Positions 28,333 through 39,077 of a stretch of DNA of 64,000 nucleotides are shown here, piece after piece (positions within the stretch are counted from its first letter, which is position 1; every line of letters begins with the position of its first letter). The DNA comes from an uncultured Chloroflexia bacterium (GTDB taxonomy: Bacteria > Chloroflexota > Limnocylindria > Limnocylindrales > CSP1-4), in NCBI GenBank assembly GCA_963755285.1, contig CAVWJB010000003.1:104832-168831 (forward strand), in the 5' to 3' direction. The position numbers and the translations under genes were made by a program. Under the pieces are notes generated by a model, which was not told where the DNA came from, did not search any database, and saw only the letters and a program-made list of their open reading frames with translations.

Positions 28333-28704
28333 TTACTTCTTGCGCCGGACGCCGACCGTCTTCTTCGGTCCGCGGCGCTGGCGCGCATTGGTCTTGGTCC
28401 GCTGGCCGCGCACCGGGAGGTTGCGCCGGTGGCGCAGGCCGCGGTACGAGCCGATCTCGATGAGTCGCTTGATGTTGAGGGCAACTTCGCGGCGCAGGTC
28501 GCCTTCGACCTTGTAGCGGCGGTCGACGATCTCGCGGAGCCGGTTGACCTGCTCCTCGGTGAGGTCGCGGACCCGGGTGTCCGGGTTGATGTTGGCCTGG
28601 GCGAGGACCTTCTGGCTGGTCGGCAGGCCGATCCCGAAGATGTAGGTCAGGGCGATCTCGACGCGCTTCTCGCGCGGGATGTCGACGCCGGCGATACGTG
28701 CCAT
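28333..28704 (-). CDS. rpsM: 30S ribosomal protein S13
   Basis: 123-aa [29 protein letters not shown].... Confidence 0.96.
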   Translation of the reverse strand: MARIAGVDIPREKRVEIALTYIFGIGLPTSQKVLAQANINPDTRVRDLTEEQVNRLREIVDRRYKVEGDLRREVALNIKRLIEIGSYRGLRHRRNLPVRGQRTKTNARQRRGPKKTVGVRRKK

Positions 28705-28707
28705 CGG

Positions 28708-28821
28708 TTAGCCCTGCCGCTGCTTGTGCTTGGGGTTCGTGCAGATGACCATCACCGTTCCATGGCGCCGGATGACCTTGCAGTTATCGCAGCGTGCCTT
28801 GACGGAGGCTCGGACTTTCAA
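28708..28821 (-). CDS. rpmJ: 50S ribosomal protein L36 (Cys-containing form)
   Basis: Not in the track because it is shorter than 60 aa. My translation from TTG at 28821, preceded by GAGGA, is (M)[36 protein letters not shown]. Confidence 0.85.
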   Translation of the reverse strand: MKVRASVKARCDNCKVIRRHGTVMVICTNPKHKQRQG

Positions 28822-28867
28822 CGCATCCTCGATCGATCTGGCTGGGGCCGCTGGGGCGGCCACCCGG

Positions 28868-29086
28868 TTACTTCAGGCGGTAGGTGATCCGACCCCGGGT
28901 GAGGTCGTACGGCGAGAGCTCGACGCGAACCCGATCGCCGGGCAGGATCCGAATGAAGTTCATCCGGAGCTTGCCGCTGATGTGGGCGAGGACCCGGTGG
29001 CCGTTCTCCAATTCGACGGCGAACATGGTATTGGGCAGCGGCTCGATGACCGTTCCCTCGACCTCGATCGCGTCCTTCTTGGCCAC
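28868..29086 (-). CDS. infA: Translation initiation factor IF-1
   Basis: GTG at 29086 gives (M)[52 protein letters not shown]...; 72 aa. Confidence 0.9.
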   Translation of the reverse strand: MAKKDAIEVEGTVIEPLPNTMFAVELENGHRVLAHISGKLRMNFIRILPGDRVRVELSPYDLTRGRITYRLK

Positions 29087-29150
29087 AGGCGTCCAGGTTC
29101 CCTTTCTCAGACCGAGTGCCGGCCCGGGCCGGGCCGACACACGAATGGAC

Positions 29151-29179
29151 AGGATACCAAACCACACCCATTCCGGCAA
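29151..29179 (-). promoter_or_regulatory. Putative promoter upstream of infA
   Basis: Minus strand reads TTGCCG (29179-29174), a 17-nt spacer, then TGgTATCCT (-10 at 29156-29151). The same TATCCT -10 is seen upstream of rpoB and rpsL. Confidence 0.35.
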
Positions 29180-29197
29180 CCGGGAGCACGCTCATCT

Positions 29198-29966
29198 TCA
29201 TACCGTCGTCGAGAATCTCGGGTCCTGTGGCCGTTATCGCGATCGTGTGCTCGAAATGGGCGGCCAGCGAGCCGTCGCGGGTGACGATCGTCCAGTCGTC
29301 GTCGAGGATCCGGGTGTCGTGGTCGCCGAGGGTCAGCATCGGCTCGATGGCCAGGCACAGCCCTGGCTCGAGCTTCCGGCCGCTCCGTCCGAGCCGGTAG
29401 TTCGGGACCTGGGGCTGCTCGTGCATCGCCCGGCCGATGCCGTGGCCGACGAACTGGCGGATGATCCCGTAGCCGGCCGGTGCGGCCACGTCCTCGACGG
29501 CGGCCGAGATGTCCTCGATGTGGCCGCCCGGAACCGCCGCCGCGATCCCGGCCATCATCGCCAGCCGGGTCGTGTCGATCAGCCGGCGGGTCGCCTCGGG
29601 CGGCGTCCCGACGAAGAACGTCCGGGCAGCGTCGCCGTGCCAGCCGTCGACGATGGCTCCCGCGTCGACCGACACGATCTGGCCCTCGCGGACGATCCGG
29701 TCGCCGGGGATCCCGTGGACGATCTCGTCGTCGATCGAGATGCAGATGCTGGCCGGGAACGGCCGGCGCGGGTTGACCCCCGGGTAGCCCTTGAACGACG
29801 GGATCGCCCCGGATCGCCGGACGTGCGCCTCGGCGAGGGCGTCGAGATGACCGGTCGAGACGCCGGGTCGGAGCTCCGACTCGACCAGGGCGAGGACCTC
29901 GGCGACGACCCGTCCGGCACGTCGCATGCGGTCGATCTCGGCCGCCGACTTCAGGCTGACGGCCAT
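29198..29966 (-). CDS. map: Type I methionine aminopeptidase; the last codons are frameshifted so the stop is lost in the listed ORF
   Basis: ATG at 29966 gives MAVSLKSAAEIDRMRRAG...HGIPG...VSVDAGA...GHGIG...EPM...HFEHTIAIT. After GPEIL the track ORF reads through infA to 28818. A 1-nt correction about 29203-29215 gives a stop at 29198-29200. Span is 769 nt (3n+1, 255 aa). Confidence 0.85.
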
Positions 29967-30631
29967 CAGGCGCCCCTCCGGACCAACGGCTTGACGAGGG
30001 CCAGGAGGTCGGCGGCGACCTGGTCGATCGGGCGTCGGCCGTCGACGGTTCGAAGGATCCCCCGATCGCGGTAGTGCCCACAGACCTCGCGCATCGCGCC
30101 GAGCTGCTGGTCGAGTCGCGCCCGGACGGTCTCGATCCGATCGTCCTCGCGCTGGATCAGCCGTGACCCGTCGAGGTCGCACACGCCGGGGACGCGCGGC
30201 GGGTGGGTGGTCTCGTTGTAGACGTGGCCGTTCGCCTCGCAGATCCAGCGTCCGGACATCCGCCGGACGAGCTCCTCGGACGGGACGTCGATCTCGAGCG
30301 CCGTGTCGACTCGCGCTCCGTGCTCGTCGAGCGCCTGATCGAGGGCGGCCGCCTGGGCCGCGGTTCGTGGGAACCCGTCGAGGATCACCCCGTCCCGGGC
30401 GTCGGGCTCGGCGAGGCGAGCGAGGAGCATCCGGACGGTGATGTCGTCCGGGACGAGCTGGCCGCGCTCCATGAAGCGGCGAGCCTCGAGACCGATCGCC
30501 GAGCCCTCCCGGACGGCCGATCGGAAGAGGTCCCCGGTGGCGACGTGCGGGATGCCGAGCCGCTCGGACAGGATCTGCGCCTGGGTGCCCTTGCCGGCGC
30601 CTGGGGCGCCGAGCAGGACGACGAAGGTCAC
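29966..30631 (-). CDS. adk: Adenylate kinase
   Basis: GTG at 30631, preceded by GGGAGGAA, gives (M)TFVVLLGAPGAGKGTQAQ.... There is a lid region but no Cys4 zinc motif. 221 aa. Confidence 0.9.
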   Translation of the reverse strand: MTFVVLLGAPGAGKGTQAQILSERLGIPHVATGDLFRSAVREGSAIGLEARRFMERGQLVPDDITVRMLLARLAEPDARDGVILDGFPRTAAQAAALDQALDEHGARVDTALEIDVPSEELVRRMSGRWICEANGHVYNETTHPPRVPGVCDLDGSRLIQREDDRIETVRARLDQQLGAMREVCGHYRDRGILRTVDGRRPIDQVAADLLALVKPLVRRGA

Positions 30632-30698
30632 CGGATGAGTTCCTCCCGCCGATGGCTCACGAGAGCGGCCCCTCGGCGGTCGGACGGCCAACGTCCGG

Positions 30699-31985
30699 TC
30701 AACGGATGAATCCTTCGTAGTTGCGCATCAGGAGCTGGGCCTCGATCTGCTTCATCGTCTCGACGACGACGCTGACCACGATCAGCAGGCTCGTCCCGCC
30801 GAGGGTCAGCCCACCGAGCGTCGGGAAGACCAGCCCCACGAGGATCGGCGAGACCGCCACGACCGCGAGGAAGAACGCCCCGGCGATCGTGATCCGGTAG
30901 ACCACCTTGGTCAGGTAGTCCTGGGTCGGCCGACCGGGACGGATGCCCGGGATGAAGCCGCCGTTCTTGCGCAGCTGTTCGGCGGTCTCGTCCGGCTTGA
31001 ACGTGAATGCCGTGTAGAAGTAGGTGAACCCGAACGTCAGCAGGAAGTACATGACCGCATAGAAGGGCCGCGATGGGCTGAACAGGTTGACGATGAACGT
31101 GGCGATGTCCTTGACGATCGTGATCTCGGAGTTCGTGAAGTACTGGGCGATCTGGGACGGGAACAGCAGGATGCTCACCGCGAAGATGATCGGGATCACA
31201 CCGGCCTGGTTGACCCGGAGGGGAAGGAACGTCGAGCCGCCCTGGTACATCCGCCTGCCGCGAACCCGGCTGGCGTATTGGATCGGGATCCGCCGCTGGC
31301 CCTCCTGGATGTAGACGATCACGAAGACCGCGGCGATGGCCACGACGGCGAAGGCGACGAACGCGAGGATGTCCGGCGAGTTGATGAAGGCGATGAGGGC
31401 GGTCGGGGCACGCCCGACGATGCCCGCGAAGATGATGAAGCTGATGCCGTTGCCGATCCCCTTCTCGGTGATCAGCTCGCCCAGCCACATCAGCAGGACC
31501 GAGCCGGTGGTCAGGGCGACGATCTGGGTCAGCGTCTCCAGGTTGTCCAGGCCGAAGCTGCCGGTCAGGACCGGCGGGTTGGTGTTGTGGAGCAGGGCCA
31601 GGAAGCCGTACGACTGGAGGAGGGCCAGCGGGACCGACAGGTAGCGGGTGTACTGGTTGATCTTGTTCCGACCGTATTCGCCCTCCCGGCTCAGCGCCGT
31701 GAGCTGGGGGACGACGTTCGTCATCAGCTGCATGATGATCGAGGCGTTGATGTACGGGTTCACCCCGAGGCCGACGATCGAGAACCGCGACAGCCCGCCG
31801 CCCGAGAACAGGTCGAGCAGGCCGAGCAGTGAGTTGCTGCTGAAGAACTGCTCGAGCGCGGCCGGATCGGCGCCCGGAACCGGCACGTGGGCCAGGAACC
31901 GGAAGACGATCAGGATCCCGGCGACGAACAGCAGCCGTCGTCGGAGGTCCGGTGCGCGGAACGCGTTGAGCAGGTTCTCGATCAC
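30699..31985 (-). CDS. secY: Preprotein translocase subunit SecY
   Basis: 428-aa multi-TM ORF in the canonical position after rplO. Confidence 0.95.
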   Translation of the reverse strand: MIENLLNAFRAPDLRRRLLFVAGILIVFRFLAHVPVPGADPAALEQFFSSNSLLGLLDLFSGGGLSRFSIVGLGVNPYINASIIMQLMTNVVPQLTALSREGEYGRNKINQYTRYLSVPLALLQSYGFLALLHNTNPPVLTGSFGLDNLETLTQIVALTTGSVLLMWLGELITEKGIGNGISFIIFAGIVGRAPTALIAFINSPDILAFVAFAVVAIAAVFVIVYIQEGQRRIPIQYASRVRGRRMYQGGSTFLPLRVNQAGVIPIIFAVSILLFPSQIAQYFTNSEITIVKDIATFIVNLFSPSRPFYAVMYFLLTFGFTYFYTAFTFKPDETAEQLRKNGGFIPGIRPGRPTQDYLTKVVYRITIAGAFFLAVVAVSPILVGLVFPTLGGLTLGGTSLLIVVSVVVETMKQIEAQLLMRNYEGFIR

Positions 31986-31988
31986 GGT

Positions 31989-32983
31989 CTAGGCGTCTTC
32001 GCCAGCCGGAGCTTCGTCGATCGGGGAATCCTGGTGAGCCGCCGGAGCGGCCGGTTCGTCGGCGTCGGCGGCATCGGGCGAGGCCTTCGACTTCCTGGCC
32101 GGCCTGGCGGGCTTGGCTGACTTCGCGGGCTTGGCGGGCTTGGCGGGCTTGGCTGCCTTCGGCCTGGTCTCCTCGTCGGGCGCGGTCGTGACCGAGGCGA
32201 CCGGTTCGTCGTGGCCTGCGCGGCATCGGCCGCGGCCTCGATGGCAGGCGCCTCTGGAGCGGACTCGGAGCCGCGGACTCGGCTGCGGCAGCCTCCGCGG
32301 GAACGGACTCGGCGGCCGTCGCCTTCGCCTTCGCCTTCGATCGGGCCGGCTTCGGCGGCCCGCTTGGCCGGCACCGGCTTCGCGGGCACCGGCTCGTCGT
32401 CCGGGGCGACGACCTCGGCCGTGGCCGTGTCGCCCTCGTGCTCGGCCTCGAGGCCGAGCGCCGGCAGCGGCCTGGTCGGGATCTCGAGCGCCTGGGTCGA
32501 GCCACCCGCGGCCTCGATCTTGGCCACGGCACTCTTGCTGAACGCGTCCGCGACGACGAACAGGGCGACCTCGATGTCGCCCTGGCCGAGGACCTTCAGC
32601 GGCTTGTCGAGGGTCCGGACCAGGCCGACCGCCCGGAGGATCTCCTGGTTGACGGTGATCGGGGCGGCCTTGGCCGGCTTCTTGCTCGCCGGGACGTCAC
32701 CGGCCTCGAACGCGCCGAGCAGCGCGAGCTGGCCGATCCGCCCGACGTTGACGATCTCGTACTCGACCTTGAGCCGGTTCTTGAAGCCGCGCAGCTTCGG
32801 GATGCGCATGTGGAGCGGCGTCTGGCCGCCCTCGAACCAGGGCGGGATCGAGCCGCCGGCACGCGCCTTCTGGCCCTTGGTGCCGCGACCGGCGGTCTTG
32901 CCCTTGCCGGCGGCGATCCCACGGCCGACCCGCGTTCGCGGGGTCCTCGACCCGTCGGCCGGCTTGAGGTCGTGGAGCTTCAT
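31989..32983 (-). CDS. rplO: 50S ribosomal protein L15 with a roughly 165-aa low-complexity C-terminal extension; frame breaks in the tail
   Basis: The core is [41 protein letters not shown].... The tail switches frames: ...PAKPVPAKRAAEAGP / [24 protein letters not shown] / ESAPEAPAIEAAADAAQA / DEPVASVTTAPDEETRPKAAKPAKPAKPAKSAKPARPARKSKAS...GEDA*. It ends at TAG 31989-31991. Span is 995 nt. Confidence 0.8.
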
Positions 32984-33192
32984 GGCTTCTCCTCCGGGGT
33001 CGCCGTCCCGGGGACCTCCTCGACGCTCACGAGGAACCGAACCTGGCGGACCATGCCCCGCGTGGCGGGGTTGTCGGGAACCTCGACCGTGTCACCGATC
33101 CGGTGCAGGCCGAGGGCGCGGACCGTCGCCCGGTTCCGCTCGATGTGGCTGATCGTGCTCTTGATCTGGGTGACCCGCAGCCTACCGGCCAT
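32980..33192 (-). CDS. rpmD: 50S ribosomal protein L30
   Basis: 70-aa ORF ...[25 protein letters not shown].... Confidence 0.93.
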   Translation of the reverse strand: MAGRLRVTQIKSTISHIERNRATVRALGLHRIGDTVEVPDNPATRGMVRQVRFLVSVEEVPGTATPEEKP

Positions 33193-33715
33193 CGCTGCCC
33201 TCCATGGCCGGCTGGCCGGCGATGAACGCCCGGACCGGGACGCCCCGCCGGGCCGAGATCTCCTCGGCCGAGTGGAGTGAGCCGAGGGCCTCGATCGTCG
33301 CCCGGGTCACGTTCACCGGGTTCGTCGAGCCGTGGACCTTGGCCAGGATGTCGCGGATCCCGGCCGCCTCGACGACGGCGCGGACGGCGCCCCCGGCGAT
33401 GACCCCGGTGCCCTGTGACGCCGGCTTCAGCATGACCCTGGCCGCGGCGTACTCGGTCCGGATCTCGTGCGGGATCGTCGTCCCGACCATCGGGACCCGG
33501 ATGAGGTTCTTCTTGGCGTCCTCGACGCCCTTCCGGATCGACTCCGGGACCTCGCCCGCCTTGCCCAGCCCGACCCCGACGTGGCCCTGGCCGTCGCCGA
33601 CGACGACGACCGCGCTGAAGCTGAAGCGACGGCCGCCCTTGACGACCTTCGCGACGCGGTTGATCTGGACGACGCGCTCTTCGAGCGTCAGCTTGTTCGG
33701 ATCGATCCTGGCCAA
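33182..33715 (-). CDS. rpsE: 30S ribosomal protein S5
   Basis: 177-aa ORF with a TTG start, ...[19 protein letters not shown].... Confidence 0.95.
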   Translation of the reverse strand: MARIDPNKLTLEERVVQINRVAKVVKGGRRFSFSAVVVVGDGQGHVGVGLGKAGEVPESIRKGVEDAKKNLIRVPMVGTTIPHEIRTEYAAARVMLKPASQGTGVIAGGAVRAVVEAAGIRDILAKVHGSTNPVNVTRATIEALGSLHSAEEISARRGVPVRAFIAGQPAMEGSDGR

Positions 33716-33734
33716 CTCGGCTGCTCCCTTCAGA

Positions 33735-34097
33735 TCAGAAGTCGAGACCGGCCTCGCGGGCGGCGTCGGCGAGCGACTTGATCCGTCCGTGGTACCGGAA
33801 CCCGGCCCGATCGAAGACGACGTGCTCGACGCCGGCTGAGCGGGCGCGTTCGGCGATCAGGCGACCGACGATCTTGGCCTGGTCCGACTTCGTCGACTTG
33901 GAGCCCTTGAACTCCTTCTCGGCGGTCGAGGCGGCGGCCAGCGTCCTCCCGGACGCGTCGTCGATGACCTGGGCATAGATGTGGCTGAGGCTGCGGAACA
34001 CGGCCAGTCGGGGCCGCTCGGTCGTTCCGGCGAGGCGGAGCCGGAGCCGCTCGTGGCGCTTGTGACGCGCCGCGGTCCGGGTGCTGAGGTGGGTCAT
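33735..34097 (-). CDS. rplR: 50S ribosomal protein L18
   Basis: 120-aa ORF ...[20 protein letters not shown].... Confidence 0.95.
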   Translation of the reverse strand: MTHLSTRTAARHKRHERLRLRLAGTTERPRLAVFRSLSHIYAQVIDDASGRTLAAASTAEKEFKGSKSTKSDQAKIVGRLIAERARSAGVEHVVFDRAGFRYHGRIKSLADAAREAGLDF

Positions 34098-34116
34098 GAG
34101 CGGCGGTCCTTCGTGA

Positions 34117-34668
34117 TCACTTCTTGCCGCCGATCTTGCCGGCCTTGCCGGCCTTGCGGCGGACGACCTCGCCCGCGTACCGGACGCCCTTGCCCTTGTA
34201 CGGCTCCGGCTTGCGGGTGGACCGGACCTTGGCGGCGATCTGGCCGACGAGCTCCTTGTCGATCCCGACCACGGCCAGCCGGGTCGGGTTCTCGACCTCG
34301 AAGCTGATCCCGCTCGGCGGGACGATCTCGATCGGGTGGCTGTAGCCGAGGTTGAGCTGGAGCTTCTCGCCGACCTTCGCCGCGCGATAGCCGACGCCGG
34401 TGATCTCGATGCCCTTGCGATAGCCGGTCGTGACCCCCTCGACCATGTTCGCCACGAGGGTCCGGGTCAGGCCGTGGAGCTGGCGATGCATCTTGGCGTC
34501 GGTCGGGCGCTGGACGAGGATGCTGCCGTCCTCCTGGACGACCCGCATGTCGGGATGCAGCTCACGGGCCAGGGTGCCCTTGGGCCCCTTGACCGTGATC
34601 GCCCGTCCGTCGAGGGTGACCTCGACGCCGGCCGGAATGGTGATCGGGAGACGACCGATGCGCGACAT
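34117..34668 (-). CDS. rplF: 50S ribosomal protein L6
   Basis: 183-aa [24 protein letters not shown].... Confidence 0.95.
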   Translation of the reverse strand: MSRIGRLPITIPAGVEVTLDGRAITVKGPKGTLARELHPDMRVVQEDGSILVQRPTDAKMHRQLHGLTRTLVANMVEGVTTGYRKGIEITGVGYRAAKVGEKLQLNLGYSHPIEIVPPSGISFEVENPTRLAVVGIDKELVGQIAAKVRSTRKPEPYKGKGVRYAGEVVRRKAGKAGKIGGKK

Positions 34669-34680
34669 GGTGTTCCTCTC

Positions 34681-35079
34681 CTACCAGACGTAGGCGAGGA
34701 CTTCGCCGCCGAGCTGGGCCTGCCTGGCCTGCGCGCCGGTCATGATCCCCTGGCTGGTGCTGACGATGACGATGCCGAGGCCACCGAGCACCCGCGGGAT
34801 GTCGGTCTTGCGGGCGTAGACCCGGAGGCCGGGCTTGCTGATCCGCTTCAGGCCGGACACGACGGGCACCTTGCCGTCGACGTACTTGAGCTGGAGGCGG
34901 AGGATCGCCAGAGTGCCGTCCTTGTCCTCGCGGACGTCGGCGATGAAGCCCTCGTCCTTGAGGATCCGGGCGATCTCGCGCTTCGTCCGCGAAGCCGGCA
35001 CGACGACCTCGGCGTGATGGGCCCGGGACGCGTTGCGGATCCGGGTGAGCATGTCGGCGATCGGGTCGGAGATGTTCAT
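34681..35079 (-). CDS. rpsH: 30S ribosomal protein S8
   Basis: Internal ATG at 35079 gives [17 protein letters not shown].... 132 aa. Confidence 0.94.
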   Translation of the reverse strand: MNISDPIADMLTRIRNASRAHHAEVVVPASRTKREIARILKDEGFIADVREDKDGTLAILRLQLKYVDGKVPVVSGLKRISKPGLRVYARKTDIPRVLGGLGIVIVSTSQGIMTGAQARQAQLGGEVLAYVW

Positions 35080-35086
35080 CGTGGTC

Positions 35087-35272
35087 CTACCAGCTCGACT
35101 TCGTGACGCCCGGCAGCTGCCCCAGGAGCGCCCGCTCCCGGAAGCAGATCCGGCACAGGGCGAACCGGCGCATGTAGGCCCGGGGGCGGCCGCAGACAAA
35201 GCAGCGGTGGTAGCCCTGGACGGGATGCTTGGGCGTTCGCTTCGCCTTGGCGATCATTGACTTCTTGGCCAT
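35087..35272 (-). CDS. rpsN: 30S ribosomal protein S14, zinc-binding type Z (61 aa)
   Basis: ATG at 35272 gives [46 protein letters not shown]... with CxxC...CxxC. Confidence 0.93.
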   Translation of the reverse strand: MAKKSMIAKAKRTPKHPVQGYHRCFVCGRPRAYMRRFALCRICFRERALLGQLPGVTKSSW

Positions 35273-35289
35273 CTGACTCCTCCCCGCGC

Positions 35290-35832
35290 CTAGCCGGCGA
35301 AGGGCATGCCGAGGAGCTCGAGCAAGCGCTTCGATTCCTCGTCGGTCTTCGCCGTCGTCACGATGCTGATCTCCAGCCCGCGGAGACGGTCCACCTTGTC
35401 GTAGTCGATCTCCGGAAACGCGAGTTGCTCCCGGAAGCCGAGCGAGTAGTTGCCGCGCCCGTCGAACGACTTCGAGGGGATCCCCCGGAAGTCGCGGATG
35501 CGGGGCAGTGCGATCGAGGTCAGCCGATCGAGGAAGTCCCACATCCGCTCGCCGCGGAGGGTGACCTTGGCCCCGATCGGGTTGCCCGTCCGAAGCCGGA
35601 ACTGGGCGATCGAGCGCTTGGCCCGGGTCACGATCGGCTTCTGGCCGGTGATCGTGGTCAGGTCGCCGACGGCCGCATCGATCGCCTTGGCATTGGTCAG
35701 CGCCTCGCCCAGGCCGATGTTGACGACGATCTTGTCGACCCGCGGCACTTCCATCGGGTTGCCGTACTCGAACTGCTTGATGAGCGCCGGGACGACCTCG
35801 GCCCGGTAGCGCTCGTGGAGGCGGTTGGCCAT
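35290..35832 (-). CDS. rplE: 50S ribosomal protein L5
   Basis: 180-aa ORF in the canonical position. Confidence 0.95.
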   Translation of the reverse strand: MANRLHERYRAEVVPALIKQFEYGNPMEVPRVDKIVVNIGLGEALTNAKAIDAAVGDLTTITGQKPIVTRAKRSIAQFRLRTGNPIGAKVTLRGERMWDFLDRLTSIALPRIRDFRGIPSKSFDGRGNYSLGFREQLAFPEIDYDKVDRLRGLEISIVTTAKTDEESKRLLELLGMPFAG

Positions 35833-36281
35833 CAGGACTTCACCTCCAACCGCTCGCCACAGTGGCCGCAGATGCGAACGCGCTGGCCGTTGTCGAGGCT
35901 GGTGTGCTTGATCCGGGTCGGGCGGTCACAGCTCCCGCAGACCAGCATCACCTTGCTGACCGGCAGCGGCTGGGCGATCTCGAGGATCCCGCCCTGCTGG
36001 ACCTTCGGCATCCGGTCGCTCGAGGAGCCCGTCGCCCGTGGCTTGGTGTGCCGCTTGGCCACGTTGAGGCCCTCGACCACGACCGACACCTGCGACAGGG
36101 GGCTGATGTGCCGCCAGGCCCCGCCACCGCGCGCCTTGGTCTTGGCCATGCCCTGCGGGTCGCGGACGATCCGGTCGACGACGCCCCGCTTGCCGGCATC
36201 CTTGCCGGTGAGCACGATCACCGTGTCGCCCTTGCGGAGCTCGGGCACCTTCGTGGCCTCCTTCCGTCGAAGCTGCGTCAT
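35832..36281 (-). CDS. rplX: 50S ribosomal protein L24 (long form with internal insert and C-terminal CxxC...CxxC)
   Basis: 149-aa ORF with the KOW motif [19 protein letters not shown] and ...[34 protein letters not shown]. Confidence 0.93.
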   Translation of the reverse strand: MTQLRRKEATKVPELRKGDTVIVLTGKDAGKRGVVDRIVRDPQGMAKTKARGGGAWRHISPLSQVSVVVEGLNVAKRHTKPRATGSSSDRMPKVQQGGILEIAQPLPVSKVMLVCGSCDRPTRIKHTSLDNGQRVRICGHCGERLEVKS

Positions 36282-36649
36282 CAGAGCACCTCCGGGGCGA
36301 GCGACACGATCTTCATGTAGTTCCGGTCACGCAGCTCGCGGGCGACCGGCCCGAAGATGCGCGTCCCGCGCGGGTTGCCCTGGTTGTTGATCAGGACCGC
36401 GGCGTTCTCGTCGAACCGGATGTAGCTCCCGTCGGGGCGGCCGTACTCCTTGGCCGTTCGGACGATCACGGCCCGGACGACGTCGCCCTTCTTGACCGCG
36501 GCATTCGGGATCGCCTGCTTGACGCTGGCCACGATCACGTCGCCGACGCCGGCCGTCCGCTTCTGCGAACGGCCCATGACCCGGATGCACTCGATCGTCC
36601 GGGCGCCGGTGTTGTCGGCGACCTTCAGACGGGTCGATTCCTGGATCAC
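36281..36649 (-). CDS. rplN: 50S ribosomal protein L14
   Basis: 122-aa [20 protein letters not shown].... Confidence 0.96.
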   Translation of the reverse strand: MIQESTRLKVADNTGARTIECIRVMGRSQKRTAGVGDVIVASVKQAIPNAAVKKGDVVRAVIVRTAKEYGRPDGSYIRFDENAAVLINNQGNPRGTRIFGPVARELRDRNYMKIVSLAPEVL

Positions 36650-37077
36650 GCCCCGGCCTCCACCGGCTCGGCCGGCTCGCTCTCGCTCGGCTCGGCCGGC
36701 TCAGCGGTCTCGGGCGCGCTGTCGGCACGGTGGCGGCCGGGATGGGCCGAGCCGTGGATCGCCTCGGAGGTTGCCTCCTCCTCGGTGACCAGCTCGCTGA
36801 TCGGGGTGTTCTCGCCGGCGCGGGCGAGGACCTCGACCAGCCGCCAGCGCTTGGTGGCCGACAGGGGTCGCGATTCCTCGATCAGGACGGTATCGCCGAT
36901 GCGAGCCTCGTTGAGCTCGTCGTGGGCCTTGAACTTCGTGCTCAAGCGGATGACCCGCTTGTACAGCCGGTGACGGGTCAGGCGCTCGACGGACACGACG
37001 ATCGTCTTGTCCATCTTGTCGCTGACCACCCGGCCGACCTTCGTCTTCCGCTTTCCTTGCACCGTGGCTCCTGTCAT
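36646..37077 (-). CDS. rpsQ: 30S ribosomal protein S17 with an acidic roughly 55-aa C-terminal tail
   Basis: 143-aa ORF with ...[19 protein letters not shown].... The tail is ...[11 protein letters not shown]...[19 protein letters not shown]. Confidence 0.93.
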   Translation of the reverse strand: MTGATVQGKRKTKVGRVVSDKMDKTIVVSVERLTRHRLYKRVIRLSTKFKAHDELNEARIGDTVLIEESRPLSATKRWRLVEVLARAGENTPISELVTEEEATSEAIHGSAHPGRHRADSAPETAEPAEPSESEPAEPVEAGA

Positions 37078-37090
37078 GGTCCGGCTCTCC

Positions 37091-37291
37091 TCAGGCCGTT
37101 CGGCCGAGCTTGCGCTCGTGCTGGACGGTCAGGATCCGGGCCATCGTTCGTCGCGTCTGGGGGATCGTGCTGTAGTCCTTGAGCTGGCGGGTCGACAACG
37201 CGAACCGGGCGCCCCACAGCTCCTGCTTGGCCTCCCGCAGGGCCTGCTCGAGCTCGAGGTCGGTCATCGCGCGGACCTTATCGATGTCCAT
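37091..37291 (-). CDS. rpmC: 50S ribosomal protein L29
   Basis: 66-aa ORF ...[20 protein letters not shown].... Confidence 0.93.
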   Translation of the reverse strand: MDIDKVRAMTDLELEQALREAKQELWGARFALSTRQLKDYSTIPQTRRTMARILTVQHERKLGRTA

Positions 37292-37721
37292 CGGTCGCCG
37301 CCTCCTTGACCGTCGTCTCGCGGACGACCACCCGGGTCGCCACCGGCAGCTTGTGGCTGGCCAGGCGCATCGCCTCGACCGCCTCGTCGTGGCCGATGCC
37401 GGCCATCTCGAACAGGATCCGGCCGGGCTTGACGACCGCCACCCAGTGATCGGGGGCGCCCTTGCCCGAGCCCATCCGGGTCTCGGCCGGCTTCTTCGTC
37501 GCCGGCTTGTCCGGGAAGATCCGGATCCAGATCTTGCCGCCGCGCTTGACCGACCGGGTCATCGCCCGGCGGGCGGCCTCGATCTGGCGGCTCGTGATCC
37601 AGGCCGGCTCCATCGTCGCCAGCCCGTATTCGCCGAAGGCGACGGTGTGGCCGCCCTTGGCCATCCCGGACATTCGTCCGCGCATGACCTTGCGGTGCTT
37701 GACCCGGCGGGGCATCAACAT
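37278..37721 (-). CDS. rplP: 50S ribosomal protein L16
   Basis: ATG at 37721 shares 1 nt with the rpsC stop. Product is [24 protein letters not shown].... 147 aa. Confidence 0.95.
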   Translation of the reverse strand: MLMPRRVKHRKVMRGRMSGMAKGGHTVAFGEYGLATMEPAWITSRQIEAARRAMTRSVKRGGKIWIRIFPDKPATKKPAETRMGSGKGAPDHWVAVVKPGRILFEMAGIGHDEAVEAMRLASHKLPVATRVVVRETTVKEAATDGHR

Positions 37722-38419
37722 CAGGCCACCGTCCCGGCTGCGGCCGCGGCAGCGGCCGCCTGGGCCGCGACCACGTCGCGGGCCGGCGTCCGCTCGGGGA
37801 TGACGTCGCCCCGGTAGATCCAGACCTTGACCCCGATCCGGCCGTAGGTGGTGTGGGCGTGGACCTGGCCGTAGCTGATGTCGGCGCGGAGCGTGCCCAG
37901 CGGGATCCGCCCCTCCTTGTCCCACTCGCGGCGGGCCATCTCGGAGCCGCCGAGGCGACCCGAGACCATGATCTTGACGCCCTTGGCACCGGCCTTCATC
38001 GTCCGCTGGACGCCCTGCTTCATCGCCTTGCGGAAGGCGATCCGGCGCGACAGCTGCTGGGCGATGTTCATCGCCACCAGGTAGGCGTCGAGCTCGGGCT
38101 GACGGATCTCCTTGATCTCCAGCTTGACCTTGCGCTTGGTCAGCGCGCCGATCTGCTGGCGCAGGATCTCCACGTTCTGGCCGCCCTTGCCGATGACGAT
38201 CCCGGGCTTGGCCGTGTGGACGGTCACGGTGACGTGGTTGATCCCCCGCTCGATCTCGACCTGGCTGACGCTGGCGTTGGCCAGCCGGCGCTCGACGAGC
38301 TGGCGGATGCCGATGTCCTCCTTGAGGAGGGTGGTGTATTCCTTGTCCGCGTACCACTTCGCGGTCCAGGTGCGCGAGACACCGAGCCGGAAGCCGTACG
38401 GGTGGACCTTGTGTCCCAT
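37721..38419 (-). CDS. rpsC: 30S ribosomal protein S3
   Basis: 232-aa [21 protein letters not shown].... Confidence 0.96.
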   Translation of the reverse strand: MGHKVHPYGFRLGVSRTWTAKWYADKEYTTLLKEDIGIRQLVERRLANASVSQVEIERGINHVTVTVHTAKPGIVIGKGGQNVEILRQQIGALTKRKVKLEIKEIRQPELDAYLVAMNIAQQLSRRIAFRKAMKQGVQRTMKAGAKGVKIMVSGRLGGSEMARREWDKEGRIPLGTLRADISYGQVHAHTTYGRIGVKVWIYRGDVIPERTPARDVVAAQAAAAAAAAGTVA

Positions 38420-38422
38420 CTG

Positions 38423-38761
38423 CTAGGCCTCCCGGTCCTCGACCACGATCGTGATATGGGTCATCGGCTTGTGGATCGGGAACGCGCGCCCCTGGGCACG
38501 CGGCCGAAACCGCTTGATGGTCGGGCCCTGGTCGGCGCGGGCGTCGACGATGACGAGGTCCTCGGCCGACAGGTTGTGGTTGTTCTCGGCGTTGGCCGTC
38601 GCGCTCTTGAGCACGAGGGCGATGTCGCGGGCGGCGTGCTGGGGCATGAACCGGAGCAGGGCGGCCGCATCCTCGACCCGCTTGCCCCGGATCGCCTCGG
38701 TGACGAGGTGGGCCTTGCGAGTGGAGCCGCGGACGTAGCGGGCGGTGGCGGAAACGCGCAC
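38423..38761 (-). CDS. rplV: 50S ribosomal protein L22
   Basis: 112-aa ORF. Confidence 0.95.
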   Translation of the reverse strand: MRVSATARYVRGSTRKAHLVTEAIRGKRVEDAAALLRFMPQHAARDIALVLKSATANAENNHNLSAEDLVIVDARADQGPTIKRFRPRAQGRAFPIHKPMTHITIVVEDREA

Positions 38762-38774
38762 GATCGGCTCGCTC

Positions 38775-39059
38775 CTACTTCAGGGCCGTCGATCGGTCGG
38801 TGTGCTTCCCGTGCCCGCGATAGTTGCGGGTCGGGGAGAACTCACCGAGGCGATGACCGACCATGTTCTCGGTCACGTAGACCGGGATGTGCTTCTTGCC
38901 GTTGTAGACGGCGACCGTGTGCCCGATGAACTCGGGGAAGATCACCGAGGCGCGGGACCAGGTCTTGACGACCTTCTTCTCGTTGCGCTTGTTCATCTCG
39001 GTGACGCGGCCGAGGAGCCGCGCCTCGACGAACGGTCCCTTCTTGACCGATCGCGACAT
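38775..39059 (-). CDS. rpsS: 30S ribosomal protein S19
   Basis: 94-aa [19 protein letters not shown].... Confidence 0.96.
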   Translation of the reverse strand: MSRSVKKGPFVEARLLGRVTEMNKRNEKKVVKTWSRASVIFPEFIGHTVAVYNGKKHIPVYVTENMVGHRLGEFSPTRNYRGHGKHTDRSTALK

Positions 39060-39077
39060 GCTGTTGTCTCCTCCCCG

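Noticed and set aside
28818-30182. 454-aa ORF spanning map and infA
   Set aside because: The N-terminal 70 aa are upstream junk overlapping adk. The C-terminal 130 aa arise from a lost stop after a 1-nt shift. infA is encoded in another frame of the same region.
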